From positions 30,001-62,000 of the forward strand of contig JACPWU010000046.1 in assembly GCA_016196885.1 (NCBI GenBank): a DNA stretch of 32,000 bases, read 5' to 3'. Under the pieces are notes generated by a model. That model was not told the origin of the DNA. It saw nothing but the letters and a program-made list of their open reading frames with translations, and made no database searches. Origin of the DNA: Chlamydiota bacterium. GTDB taxonomy: Bacteria > Auribacterota > JACPWU01. Every line of letters begins with the position of its first letter. Within the stretch, counting starts at the first letter, position 1. The position numbers and the translations under genes were made by a program. This document shows, piece after piece, positions 18,265 through 26,617 of this stretch.

Positions 18265-18352
18265 ATCGTCTCTTGAGTCACGGCTTCTTCGGGAAGGATT
18301 TGTCTTAATTGGGTAAGAGCGTCACGGTCCATACCGGTACCCGAATTTCTTT

Positions 18353-20515
18353 TTATTGAACTTGGATAGAAACTTTTGAACAAGCCCCGCTTTCATCATT
18401 GACACGGATATCGTGAAATCCCACTCTGGGTGTCCAGAATAGAGATTCTTCCGAATGGGCCTTTCCGATAAACGTTCCATCCACAAACCACCATCGCCAA
18501 GAGTGAGGTTCTCCCCCATTTGATTTGAGCGTTATTTTTTGATGCGCTAGAGATGCGTGATCATCTATGTAGAATTCCTGATTGTGCGCAATAGAAGCAA
18601 TGACCAGACTTCTCTCCCCTTTTTCTAATTCTAAAGATTTTGTTTTTTCATCCGGCACTGAGGGCCATTCTTGAATTTTAGGATGAAGGTTGTTTAGCAA
18701 TCGAAGCGCAAGAGGCGCAGCCAAAGTCTGACCAACCAATTCGTGAGATCCCTTTCCGGAGGTATTTCCCAGCCATACCACAAGGGTAAATTGAGGTGTG
18801 ACCACGGCACACCAAGCATCTTTATGATCACTGCTGGTTCCCGTTTTCCAGGCTGGATGAAAGAGAGCGGCTTCAGGACATATTCTTTCTGTTCTCTTTG
18901 AATCGCTTAAAACATTCAGAACTTGCCAGCAGGCTTTGGAAGAAAGAATAGATTTTTTTTCAAGGGCGAATAAGTCGCGCTTATAACCCCTCCTACTCCC
19001 CTCAAGATTTTCTAGTCCCTGTGGGATTAAAAAAAAGGGGAGAGTCTCCCCTCTTAGTGTAAGAGGGGTTGGGGGAGTTACATCATTTTTAGATTCCTTT
19101 GAAGTGTGTATAAACTTTACTGGAACATGAAAGCCCCCTCGCCCCAGAGTCGCATAAGCCTCTGCCATTTCAAGAATGGATGCCTCTGCCCCACCAATAG
19201 CCAAAGACAATCCATATTTTTCAGGAGCCTGAGACAATTTTTTAAAGCCTGCTCCCTCCAGGATACCCAGGACACGAGGGATTCCCACTTTAGACAACAA
19301 CATCATCGCAGGGATGTTCCGGCTCTCTCGCAAAGCCTCTCCTGCAGTGATAGGACCTCGAAACATTTCATCATAATTCTGAGGCGTATAACCTGTCCAA
19401 GCAATGGGCTGGTCTTTCAAAAGCGTGCTGGGCGTACACAAGCCCATTTCAAAACTCGCAGCATAGATAAAGGGTTTAAGCGTTGAACCTGTGGAGTAAG
19501 AGCGTCTAGACAAATCCAAAACATTTTTCTCTTTTGTGAGGCTGATCGAGGCAAGACATTCTGCCGTTTGAGTATTTAAAAGGACAATCGCCAACGTATT
19601 AATATCAGGCGAATGAACCTGGTTGAATACCTCTCTCGCTGTCAGAGTGAGTTGCTCTTGAAAATTTGAATCCAATGTTGTCGTGATTTTCCCTTGCCGA
19701 AACCATTCCTTTAAAGTCAGCAAAAAAGGAAGCGCTGAGTCATGAGCTGCATGGGGCAAGGAATGCCACACCGCTTGAACGGGTTCGGATAACGCCCTTT
19801 GATATTCTTTTTCTGAAATCATTTTTTGATTCCACATTTTGAGAAGCACATGATTGCGCCTCTTGAAGGCACGCTCTGGAAACAAATCCGGACGATAACG
19901 GTTCGGACTTTGGGGTAGACCCGCCAAAAGAGCTGCTTGGTTTAAGGAAAGATCGCGGCAGGAAAGATCAAAATACCTCCAACTCGCTGCGCCAACACCC
20001 ATAAGGTTTCCGCCCATGGGACAGCGATTTAAATACTCGAGAAGAATTTCTTTTTTACTCATCTTTTTTTCTAACTGATAAGCCCGAATGGCTTCGATCC
20101 ATTTAGACTTAAAGGTTCGAGATTTAGGATGACGAAGATGCTCGACTTGCATGGTGAGAGTACTGGCGCCTCGAACAATTTTTAAAGCTTTCACATCCTG
20201 CCAAAGGGCTGCTGCAACGCCCAGCCAGTCAACGCCTGAATGCCCATAAAAACGACGATCTTCAATCGCCACAATCGCTTGATAAAGATAGGGACTTATT
20301 TCTTTTTCTTTTAAGGGGAAATACCATTCGTCATTTTCTGAAACAAAGGCAGCCAGCGCTTTTCCATGAGCATCTTCAATCCACAAGCTAGGAGGAGGTG
20401 CAACATGAGGAGGAAGTGGCACATAAGCAACAGCCAGAAGAAAAGAAAAATAGCCTGATAATAAAAGGCTCGTTATGGATGTTAAAAAAATAATCAGTCG
20501 ATGATAATGTTTCAT
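18353..20515 (-). CDS. pbpC: Penicillin-binding protein 1C (glycosyltransferase/transpeptidase)
   Basis: GT51 motifs (EDRRFYGHSGVD, GASTLTMQ), transpeptidase STGSTLKP (SxxK) and WKTGTS (KTG), and a C-terminal PBP1C-type domain (WWFVDGTFIG...HDIRVNDESG). It lies directly downstream of the A2M gene. Confidence 0.9.
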   Translation of the reverse strand: MKHYHRLIIFLTSITSLLLSGYFSFLLAVAYVPLPPHVAPPPSLWIEDAHGKALAAFVSENDEWYFPLKEKEISPYLYQAIVAIEDRRFYGHSGVDWLGVAAALWQDVKALKIVRGASTLTMQVEHLRHPKSRTFKSKWIEAIRAYQLEKKMSKKEILLEYLNRCPMGGNLMGVGAASWRYFDLSCRDLSLNQAALLAGLPQSPNRYRPDLFPERAFKRRNHVLLKMWNQKMISEKEYQRALSEPVQAVWHSLPHAAHDSALPFLLTLKEWFRQGKITTTLDSNFQEQLTLTAREVFNQVHSPDINTLAIVLLNTQTAECLASISLTKEKNVLDLSRRSYSTGSTLKPFIYAASFEMGLCTPSTLLKDQPIAWTGYTPQNYDEMFRGPITAGEALRESRNIPAMMLLSKVGIPRVLGILEGAGFKKLSQAPEKYGLSLAIGGAEASILEMAEAYATLGRGGFHVPVKFIHTSKESKNDVTPPTPLTLRGETLPFFLIPQGLENLEGSRRGYKRDLFALEKKSILSSKACWQVLNVLSDSKRTERICPEAALFHPAWKTGTSSDHKDAWCAVVTPQFTLVVWLGNTSGKGSHELVGQTLAAPLALRLLNNLHPKIQEWPSVPDEKTKSLELEKGERSLVIASIAHNQEFYIDDHASLAHQKITLKSNGGEPHSWRWWFVDGTFIGKAHSEESLFWTPRVGFHDIRVNDESGACSKVSIQVQ
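18983..19080. repeat. G/C-arm palindromic element inserted in-frame in pbpC
   Basis: It has C-rich (aacccctcctactcccctc) and G-rich (gaggggttgggggagtt) ends and inner hairpins ccctctta-gtg-taagaggg and gggga-gagtc-tcccc. It encodes about 33 aa (TPPTPLTLRGETLPFFLIPQGLENLEGSRRGY) upstream of the KTG motif. Confidence 0.6.
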
Positions 20516-20534
20516 ATTTTAAAGAAGCAATAGC

Positions 20535-20616
20535 ATTCCCCTCCCTTGATGGGAGGGGTAGGGGAGGGTGAGTTCAAATTCCCCCTCCCTAACCCTCCCC
20601 ACAAGGGGGAGGGAAT
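20535..20616. repeat. ~82-bp triple-hairpin palindromic element (intergenic copy, A2M-pbpC spacer)
   Basis: Sequence attcccctccc-ttgat-gggagggg / taggggaggg...ccctcccta / ccctcccc-acaa-ggggaggg. A near-identical copy lies at 22341-22490. Confidence 0.75.
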
Positions 20617-20629
20617 TAATATAGATTTC

Positions 20630-23600
20630 TCAATTCTTCGAAGAAATCGTCAGCGTCTCTCCTGCCCCAAAAAGACTGTTGATCGAAATGTCATACATAC
20701 ACTGCGCTCGAACAGGGGGAATCGTGAAGGTTCCAGGGGTAATCGCCCTTACAAGATACGTGTAGGTTGCCCGGCCTTTGGACATTTTTCCATAAAGAAC
20801 CAGACGATCATCTCGAATATCTACTCGACTGTCGACAAAAGCAGAAACTGCGTCAGGATTTGACAGCTGAGCTGTTGTATTGAATCTGGGGTTTTCAATC
20901 TCGAACCCGGCTGGTAGAAGATCTTCAATCACAAGATTGTCATAAGTAATCGTCGTTTCCAAATCGAGCTCTACCTGAATCAAGTCTCCGCTCTTGATCT
21001 CGTTCATAGATAAAGGCTTTCCGTTTTGATCCAGGTATTTTCTGCGAATGGAAATCCCATGATCCTCATTTTTGGGAGCTTCTTTGGATACACCTGTTAC
21101 TGTCCATGAAATATATCCTTTTGCCTGTTCAGACCCTTGAATTTTCACAAGAAAATTTTTTCCGATCACGTCTTGATTTAAAGAAGTCCAGGAAAGAGCC
21201 TCTCCTCCTTTTGTCTCTAGGATTTTTTCAGAATCAGACCCTAGCTCGCAAGAGGCAAAAGGCTCACCCATATCCACTTTTTCTAAATATTGTCCCAGCG
21301 CCATCAGAGCAAAGGCATAGTCCTGGGTACTCCCCCATTTTTTATCATCCCCTGCTTGTGCAATTTCCTGAATCAGTTTTGGAATGGCCGCATTCTCTGG
21401 GTCTAATTCCATCAAGGCTTGAGCCAAAATAGACTGGTCACGAATTGGAGATCCAATGTTGCCTTCAAGCTCTCGACTCTGCCGAGGCCGAGCGAAATCC
21501 TGAGGAATGAGATCCATCGCAAGATCGCGGCGCCCCGCGTAAAACCAGGCCAAGGCCAGGTAAAAGCGCGTGGAAGGATAAATCTCATGTTCTGATACAA
21601 CAGGATTTTTGAGCAACTCTTCGAGACGAGTCATGATGGAACGTTCTGGTTTTCCAGCCTTGGCCAAGACAAAACAGGCATAAGCCTGAATTTCTAAAGT
21701 ATCGGGATTGTCACTTGTTTCCTTCATTAACTTTTGCAAATAAAGAAAAAGCCTGTCCCGAAAATCTAGTGGGATCTCATAACCTAAACTTTCAGCCTCC
21801 ACCAGAAAATGTGCTGCGTAAACACTGGCCCAAGGCCATATCTCACGGTACCCTGGCCACATTGCGATCCCGCCATCAAGCGTTTGCATGCCAATGAGTC
21901 GCGTAATCGTGGTATCTACTCTTTGAGTTACATATTTTTTCTCGAATAAATCCGGAAAAAATTTCTCCCCCACTTTTGTAAGCCCTATCAGAGGGAAAGC
22001 CGTACTGAGGGTCTGCTCTGCGCATCCATGCGGATATTCATTGAGATAATTCAGGGCGTTCACAATGTTAAACGTCGAAAAAGGGAAAACGCGTATATTA
22101 AGCTGCGCCGTTTGGGAAACCCATTTTTCAGGAATTTTGATTTCCATGGGATGACCCGGCGTCACAGTCGCATCACTTCCAACAGATGTGATGGGGTAAG
22201 GGGGACGCACAGGTAACTCTAATTCTTGCGTGTATTTTTCTCCATTTAACTCAGCTTCAATGTAAAGATGCGCCGTTCCCATTGCTTCACCTGCTTCTAA
22301 AGGAATGGACAAAGTGACTTGCCCTCCATTTTCCATCAATATTCCCCTCCCTAGATGGGAGGGGTTAGGGGAGGGTGGATTCAAATCTCCCCCCTCCCTA
22401 ACCCTCCCCATGGTTTCCGTCTCTCGACTCCAACCACTCTCTCGTCCACCCGCAAGCGGGTACCCGGACTCGGTCGCAAGGGGGAGGGAACTTTTCGAAT
22501 TCTTCTCTGAAGAGTTTGTGAAACGAAGCACTGCTTTTTCATCTTTCAACTCAATAGAAAGATTTGCACTTCCCTTTTGCCCCGTATGATTGAAAAGGGT
22601 GATGGGCATTTCAAAATGATCTTTCATGGCTACAAATCGGGGAAGAGTTGTCTGAAACATCAGAGGGGATCTCACAATCATAGGCTGGTCCATGGCTCCG
22701 AAAAGATTGCCTGCATGAGCAATCACCATCACCCGCAGGCTTCCTGAAAACTCTGGAAGGCTAAAATGGGCGACGACTTTTCCTTTTGAATTGGAATGAA
22801 GAATTTTAGAAACTAAAGCAACATTTTGGATTCGCTGGGGAGAAACCGGTGACAAATGTCTTGGATTATATCCGCTGCCGTCTCCACCGACCGCACTTTT
22901 TGGATTTAAAGCAGGAATTTCAGGAAAAAGCTCGCTGTAAAGGTCCGACCCTGAAACTCCCAGTCCTCTGGTTTGATGAAAAAACTCAAAAGGATCCGGC
23001 GTCGAAAAATCCGTTAATTGCAAAATTCCCTCATCCACCAAAGCCAATGTCACAGAGGCATTGCAAACGGGCTCACCTGTTGGATTTCTCACTTCGACCG
23101 CTATCCTCACCTTTGTTTTTGGGCGTGCTTCCTTCGGGCCATCTACCTTAAGCAAAAGTTTTTCATCCTCATTCTCCACACGCAATCGGGTCACGCCAAA
23201 GGCCCGATGCATTTTCCAAGGGGCATCAGACTTCACAGGCTGAATCACTGTGGCCGACACATAAGCATTCGGACGAAACTCTTCAGTCATATCGATAGGA
23301 ACCGTTACATACGACTCCGTCATCTCTTGCACTTGATGAAAAATCACATGATCCGTTTCGAGGGTCAAAAGCAATGTCCCCGGAAAAGGACTGCGAATTA
23401 CGACTTCTGTCTTCTCCCCAACACGCACAGGAGAAATTTTGATTTTAAGTTCATCCGGTCTTTCTCGGCTGATAGAGTCTTCCCATCCTTCTCCCTCACT
23501 GACGTAAAATGACTCTGATGTCAGGGTTCCCATTTTGGGATCTCTGATAGAGACAACATACGATCCCCCGCCCGAAGGTGTGACAGCAACCTTCCCCTTC

Positions 23601-26347
23601 CCTTCTTTTAAGAGAATGGAGACAGACTGAACCTCTTCTAAAACACGAACGGAATCATACGAATAACTTCTATCCCGATACGTCAAAACATTGTTCCAAG
23701 TTTCTCTAAAAACTTTCACCTCAATTGAATCCAAAACCTTTGATATTTCTCCCTGACCTGTGACCGCAGCCACGTCAAAATCAGAAGGAGATCCTGGTGC
23801 CATCCTCCTAGATACGGGAGAACGAAGCGCCAAATAATAGGAAGGACCATCAATGAACAATTGCTCTGTCGAGCTCACCGCCCGCCCCCCCATTTCTTGG
23901 ACACTGCCTGTAACCGTCAAAAGCCAAGGGCCCGCATAAGAAAATGTTTTGTCCTTCATTTTAGAAAGAGAAGCCAAATCAAGTTCCCATTTTCCCTTGC
24001 CCTGTTCATCCAGCTTAATGGGAGGCAATTCAATCGATTGACCTTCAGGAAGAGGCACCCCAAATGTCTTTAAAGTTTCTGCGCTGTCTCCAAAGGTCCA
24101 ACCTTTCCATTTTTTCGAACGAAAAGAAGTGGGATCCAAACGTCCCGTCAAAGTCGCATCGCCATTTTTGGCCGGCTGGCCAAAAAGATAATCCCCTTTG
24201 ATTTTAGCCTGAAGGGATTTATCTGAAAGTTTGTAACGCCCGCGTTCAGATGGCCTTAATTTAAGAGCCATTTTCATTCGATTGGGAACAAATTCCTCTA
24301 CCAAAAATGAAGCCAATCCAAATTCTTCTTTCTCTTCCTTTCCAGATTTAGGAAGTCCCACGCAAACAGACCACCTCCCCGTCGGAATATCCTTTGGCAA
24401 CTTCATAGAAAGATGAGACATGCCATTGGAATCCATTTTGACCATACGTCCCTTCCACTCTCGACCCTCAGGTCTGTAAAATTGCCATTTCACTGGAAAA
24501 CTTTCAGGAACGGTAAGCTCTGAGCCTCGAACAATCGCCCAAAGATGAATTTTTTCTCCAGGACGGTAAGCCCCTCTCTCTGAATAGACAAAAGCTTCAT
24601 ACCCCTTTCTTAAATAAGGCGTTCCGGAAACATCAAAATTAGAATAAGAAAGCTGGCTTGACCTTAAATCAAGCCAGGTGAGACCTGTTTTTGAGGAATC
24701 AGAGGATGACAACTCTGCAACCACAATAGCAGGCCTCTCATCCTCCTTTATTTCTATTTTTTCTATTCTTGCCACCCCCTTTGAATCCGTAAGCGCCTCT
24801 CCTAAAAGTTGATTTTTATCCGAAAAAAGTTTAATTCTAACTTTTTCCATCGGTTTTGCAGTCGCCAAAGAAATTGCCCACACAAAAATGCCGCCTGAGA
24901 ACTGCTTTGCAACAAGGCCCACATCAGACAAGGTTACAACCGTAGAAGCCGATAAATAATAGTAGGCATCGTAAGTTCTATTTTCCTGATCTGGTTTTAT
25001 TTTAATTTCATAAACCCCATCTCGAGCGATATCCTTGGTGAGCAATTCATCCAAAGACAGGCGTATGTCTTGAATTTTATTTTTCTCCACATTTAACTTC
25101 AAAGATTTTTCAGCAACAACCTGACTCAATTGACTCAAGCCATACCACCTGCTTTCATAGACCGTATTTCTCCACGCCACAATGTTGTTTTCATACATTC
25201 TGGTCACAATCACCTTCACATTTTCAATATTCACCGCATGGGCCAGCACCGCCCGGTTTCCTTGGGAACCTAAATAGCCTTGTTCCTGTTCAAACCACAG
25301 TTGAGGTTCTCGATCATCAATAAAAACGCTAAAAAGATCCGAACGTGGATAAATCTTTTGGGAATTTGAAACAGCAGGTTTGGATATTTTTAAAGCATAT
25401 CTTTGCCCTGGGATGAAATCTCCTTCTAAACTTGCCCCAAACCATTCCTTCATGCATGTGAAAGGCACCTGAGGCTCAACCGAAAGCACTTCTTTAAGAA
25501 GCTCCGTATCCATGTTGTTGTTCGAGTAAAGACGAATCTTGATTTTTCCCCGTGAAGAAGAATAGGGTTCAACTCTCGTGATCATGAGTTGATTGCTTAA
25601 GACAAGCGTTGCTTCATAAGGAGCAGCCAGGCCCAAAGGACCACTCACCCCGCAAAGCCCCGCATCCAAATGAACCATCACCTGAGGAAAGGTCTCATGG
25701 TCTAGCTGTAGAAGAGGCGTTGGCTCTGTTATGATTCTGATGACATTCCCCGTACTTTCCCCATACAAATGGAAAGAGATGGCTTGATGATCCAAAGATT
25801 CCATTTTTAAACATTTCAGGGCTTCGGTAGATAAAACATTGTTGTTAAACTCGATCTCCAGCATAAATTGATCTCTTTCGTCAAAAGCCGCTTGGCGTAT
25901 GGAGATCACTTCAAGAGGCGCCGTCTTCACAGTCACCGAAAAAGAACTGTTTGAACATCCCTCTTTTGAAAGAAGAGTTTTTTCTGGCAAAGTAAATGTA
26001 AAAGGAGTGGTCTTTGGAAGGTCTATTTCAGGTGTAAAAGCGAGCTTTCTGGGACCCAGCCAATCCCAATGCCCCTGGACGAGATAAGGAGACTGAGAGG
26101 GTGTTTGAATCGTAATGGGAAGATGAGCAATCTCTGGAAAGTTTCGGTATTTTTCATCAATATCCAGATTAAATTCCCAAACCAGTATCGGTCGAGCCCC
26201 CACAACTGCATCTACCCCCGGACTAAATTTTATGACCTGCAAAAGATTTTCATTTTTAAACTGATTGAAATGAATATAACCCAACCAAGCCCCGATATTT
26301 GCTACCGCAAAACAAGAAACGGTCATCCAAAATTTTTTGCTCAACAT
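20630..26347 (-). CDS. yfhM: Bacterial alpha-2-macroglobulin (YfhM/ECAM-type, thioester-containing)
   Basis: ~1,905 aa with an N-terminal hydrophobic anchor (KKFWMTVSCFAVANIGAWLGYI) and long MG-domain-like beta-rich sequence. The thioester motif YPHGCAEQ (CAEQ) is at 22013-22024. It shows the classical pairing with a downstream pbpC. The start is set to ATG 26347 (GGAGA, 5-nt spacer) rather than GTG 26359. Confidence 0.9.
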   Translation of the reverse strand: MLSKKFWMTVSCFAVANIGAWLGYIHFNQFKNENLLQVIKFSPGVDAVVGARPILVWEFNLDIDEKYRNFPEIAHLPITIQTPSQSPYLVQGHWDWLGPRKLAFTPEIDLPKTTPFTFTLPEKTLLSKEGCSNSSFSVTVKTAPLEVISIRQAAFDERDQFMLEIEFNNNVLSTEALKCLKMESLDHQAISFHLYGESTGNVIRIITEPTPLLQLDHETFPQVMVHLDAGLCGVSGPLGLAAPYEATLVLSNQLMITRVEPYSSSRGKIKIRLYSNNNMDTELLKEVLSVEPQVPFTCMKEWFGASLEGDFIPGQRYALKISKPAVSNSQKIYPRSDLFSVFIDDREPQLWFEQEQGYLGSQGNRAVLAHAVNIENVKVIVTRMYENNIVAWRNTVYESRWYGLSQLSQVVAEKSLKLNVEKNKIQDIRLSLDELLTKDIARDGVYEIKIKPDQENRTYDAYYYLSASTVVTLSDVGLVAKQFSGGIFVWAISLATAKPMEKVRIKLFSDKNQLLGEALTDSKGVARIEKIEIKEDERPAIVVAELSSSDSSKTGLTWLDLRSSQLSYSNFDVSGTPYLRKGYEAFVYSERGAYRPGEKIHLWAIVRGSELTVPESFPVKWQFYRPEGREWKGRMVKMDSNGMSHLSMKLPKDIPTGRWSVCVGLPKSGKEEKEEFGLASFLVEEFVPNRMKMALKLRPSERGRYKLSDKSLQAKIKGDYLFGQPAKNGDATLTGRLDPTSFRSKKWKGWTFGDSAETLKTFGVPLPEGQSIELPPIKLDEQGKGKWELDLASLSKMKDKTFSYAGPWLLTVTGSVQEMGGRAVSSTEQLFIDGPSYYLALRSPVSRRMAPGSPSDFDVAAVTGQGEISKVLDSIEVKVFRETWNNVLTYRDRSYSYDSVRVLEEVQSVSILLKEGKGKVAVTPSGGGSYVVSIRDPKMGTLTSESFYVSEGEGWEDSISRERPDELKIKISPVRVGEKTEVVIRSPFPGTLLLTLETDHVIFHQVQEMTESYVTVPIDMTEEFRPNAYVSATVIQPVKSDAPWKMHRAFGVTRLRVENEDEKLLLKVDGPKEARPKTKVRIAVEVRNPTGEPVCNASVTLALVDEGILQLTDFSTPDPFEFFHQTRGLGVSGSDLYSELFPEIPALNPKSAVGGDGSGYNPRHLSPVSPQRIQNVALVSKILHSNSKGKVVAHFSLPEFSGSLRVMVIAHAGNLFGAMDQPMIVRSPLMFQTTLPRFVAMKDHFEMPITLFNHTGQKGSANLSIELKDEKAVLRFTNSSEKNSKSSLPLATESGYPLAGGRESGWSRETETMGRVREGGDLNPPSPNPSHLGRGILMENGGQVTLSIPLEAGEAMGTAHLYIEAELNGEKYTQELELPVRPPYPITSVGSDATVTPGHPMEIKIPEKWVSQTAQLNIRVFPFSTFNIVNALNYLNEYPHGCAEQTLSTAFPLIGLTKVGEKFFPDLFEKKYVTQRVDTTITRLIGMQTLDGGIAMWPGYREIWPWASVYAAHFLVEAESLGYEIPLDFRDRLFLYLQKLMKETSDNPDTLEIQAYACFVLAKAGKPERSIMTRLEELLKNPVVSEHEIYPSTRFYLALAWFYAGRRDLAMDLIPQDFARPRQSRELEGNIGSPIRDQSILAQALMELDPENAAIPKLIQEIAQAGDDKKWGSTQDYAFALMALGQYLEKVDMGEPFASCELGSDSEKILETKGGEALSWTSLNQDVIGKNFLVKIQGSEQAKGYISWTVTGVSKEAPKNEDHGISIRRKYLDQNGKPLSMNEIKSGDLIQVELDLETTITYDNLVIEDLLPAGFEIENPRFNTTAQLSNPDAVSAFVDSRVDIRDDRLVLYGKMSKGRATYTYLVRAITPGTFTIPPVRAQCMYDISINSLFGAGETLTISSKN
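22341..22490. repeat. Composite palindromic element in-frame in the A2M gene: a copy of the 20535-20616 element carrying a nested 66-bp insertion
   Basis: 22341-22410 and 22477-22490 align with 20535-20616. The extra 66 bp (22411-22476, with hairpin acccgc-aa-gcgggt) split the acaa loop of the third hairpin. The total is 150 bp = 50 codons (SLPLATESGYPLAGGRESGWSRETETMGRVREGGDLNPPSPNPSHLGRGI). Confidence 0.75.
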
Positions 26348-26496
26348 AGATGTCTCCACTCGTCTGTAATAAAAATTTGTTTCGAAAATTTTTCATAAAA
26401 TTTATGGAAATAAATCTGAACGGTTTGAGAAAGAGGGTCAATGAAAAATGAAAAATAATTTCAGACATGAATTAACTTATTGCACAGGAGGAAGTA

Positions 26497-26604
26497 ATGA
26501 TTGAACAATATGAAAAAAAATTTATTCTTCAAAATGAGAGAGAAAAAATCTTAAATTCTGAGCTCACATTTTTTAGGGTTTTAGAAAATTTTATAAAAAT
26601 TTAA
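26497..26604 (+). CDS. Possible 35-aa small ORF (MIEQYEKKFILQNEREKILNSELTFFRVLENFIKI)
   Basis: AGGAGG at 26486-26491, a 5-nt spacer, and ATG at 26497. There are 36 stop-free codons in a very AT-rich spacer. No homology can be judged by eye. Confidence 0.2.
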   Translation: MIEQYEKKFILQNEREKILNSELTFFRVLENFIKI

Positions 26605-26617
26605 AATAGATATTTCT

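Noticed and set aside
18017-18265. 82-aa plus-strand ORF (MRDLSQHQYF...RRSSRRNLMRNAG)
   Set aside because: It is Arg/Ser/His-rich and low in complexity, and it has no SD. It coincides exactly with the long inverted repeat and hairpin structure, so it is better explained as a structured RNA or palindromic element than as a protein.
20546-20863. 105-aa (+) ORF, and the 94-aa (+) ORF at 22305-22589, with Gly/Pro-rich starts (MMGGVGEGEFKFPLPNPPHKGEG / ...PRWEGLGEGGFKSPPSLTLP)
   Set aside because: These are translations of the G/C-arm palindromic element and are antisense to the A2M gene. They are not independent genes.
18143-22476. Shared 10-mer gactcggtcg (18143-18152 and 22467-22476), and loosely similar ttccg...tctctc context, between the 6S-like region and the nested insert in A2M
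   Set aside because: Exact 10-mer coincidences are expected by chance many times in a 32-kb window on two strands, and the surrounding similarity is too patchy to claim a common element.
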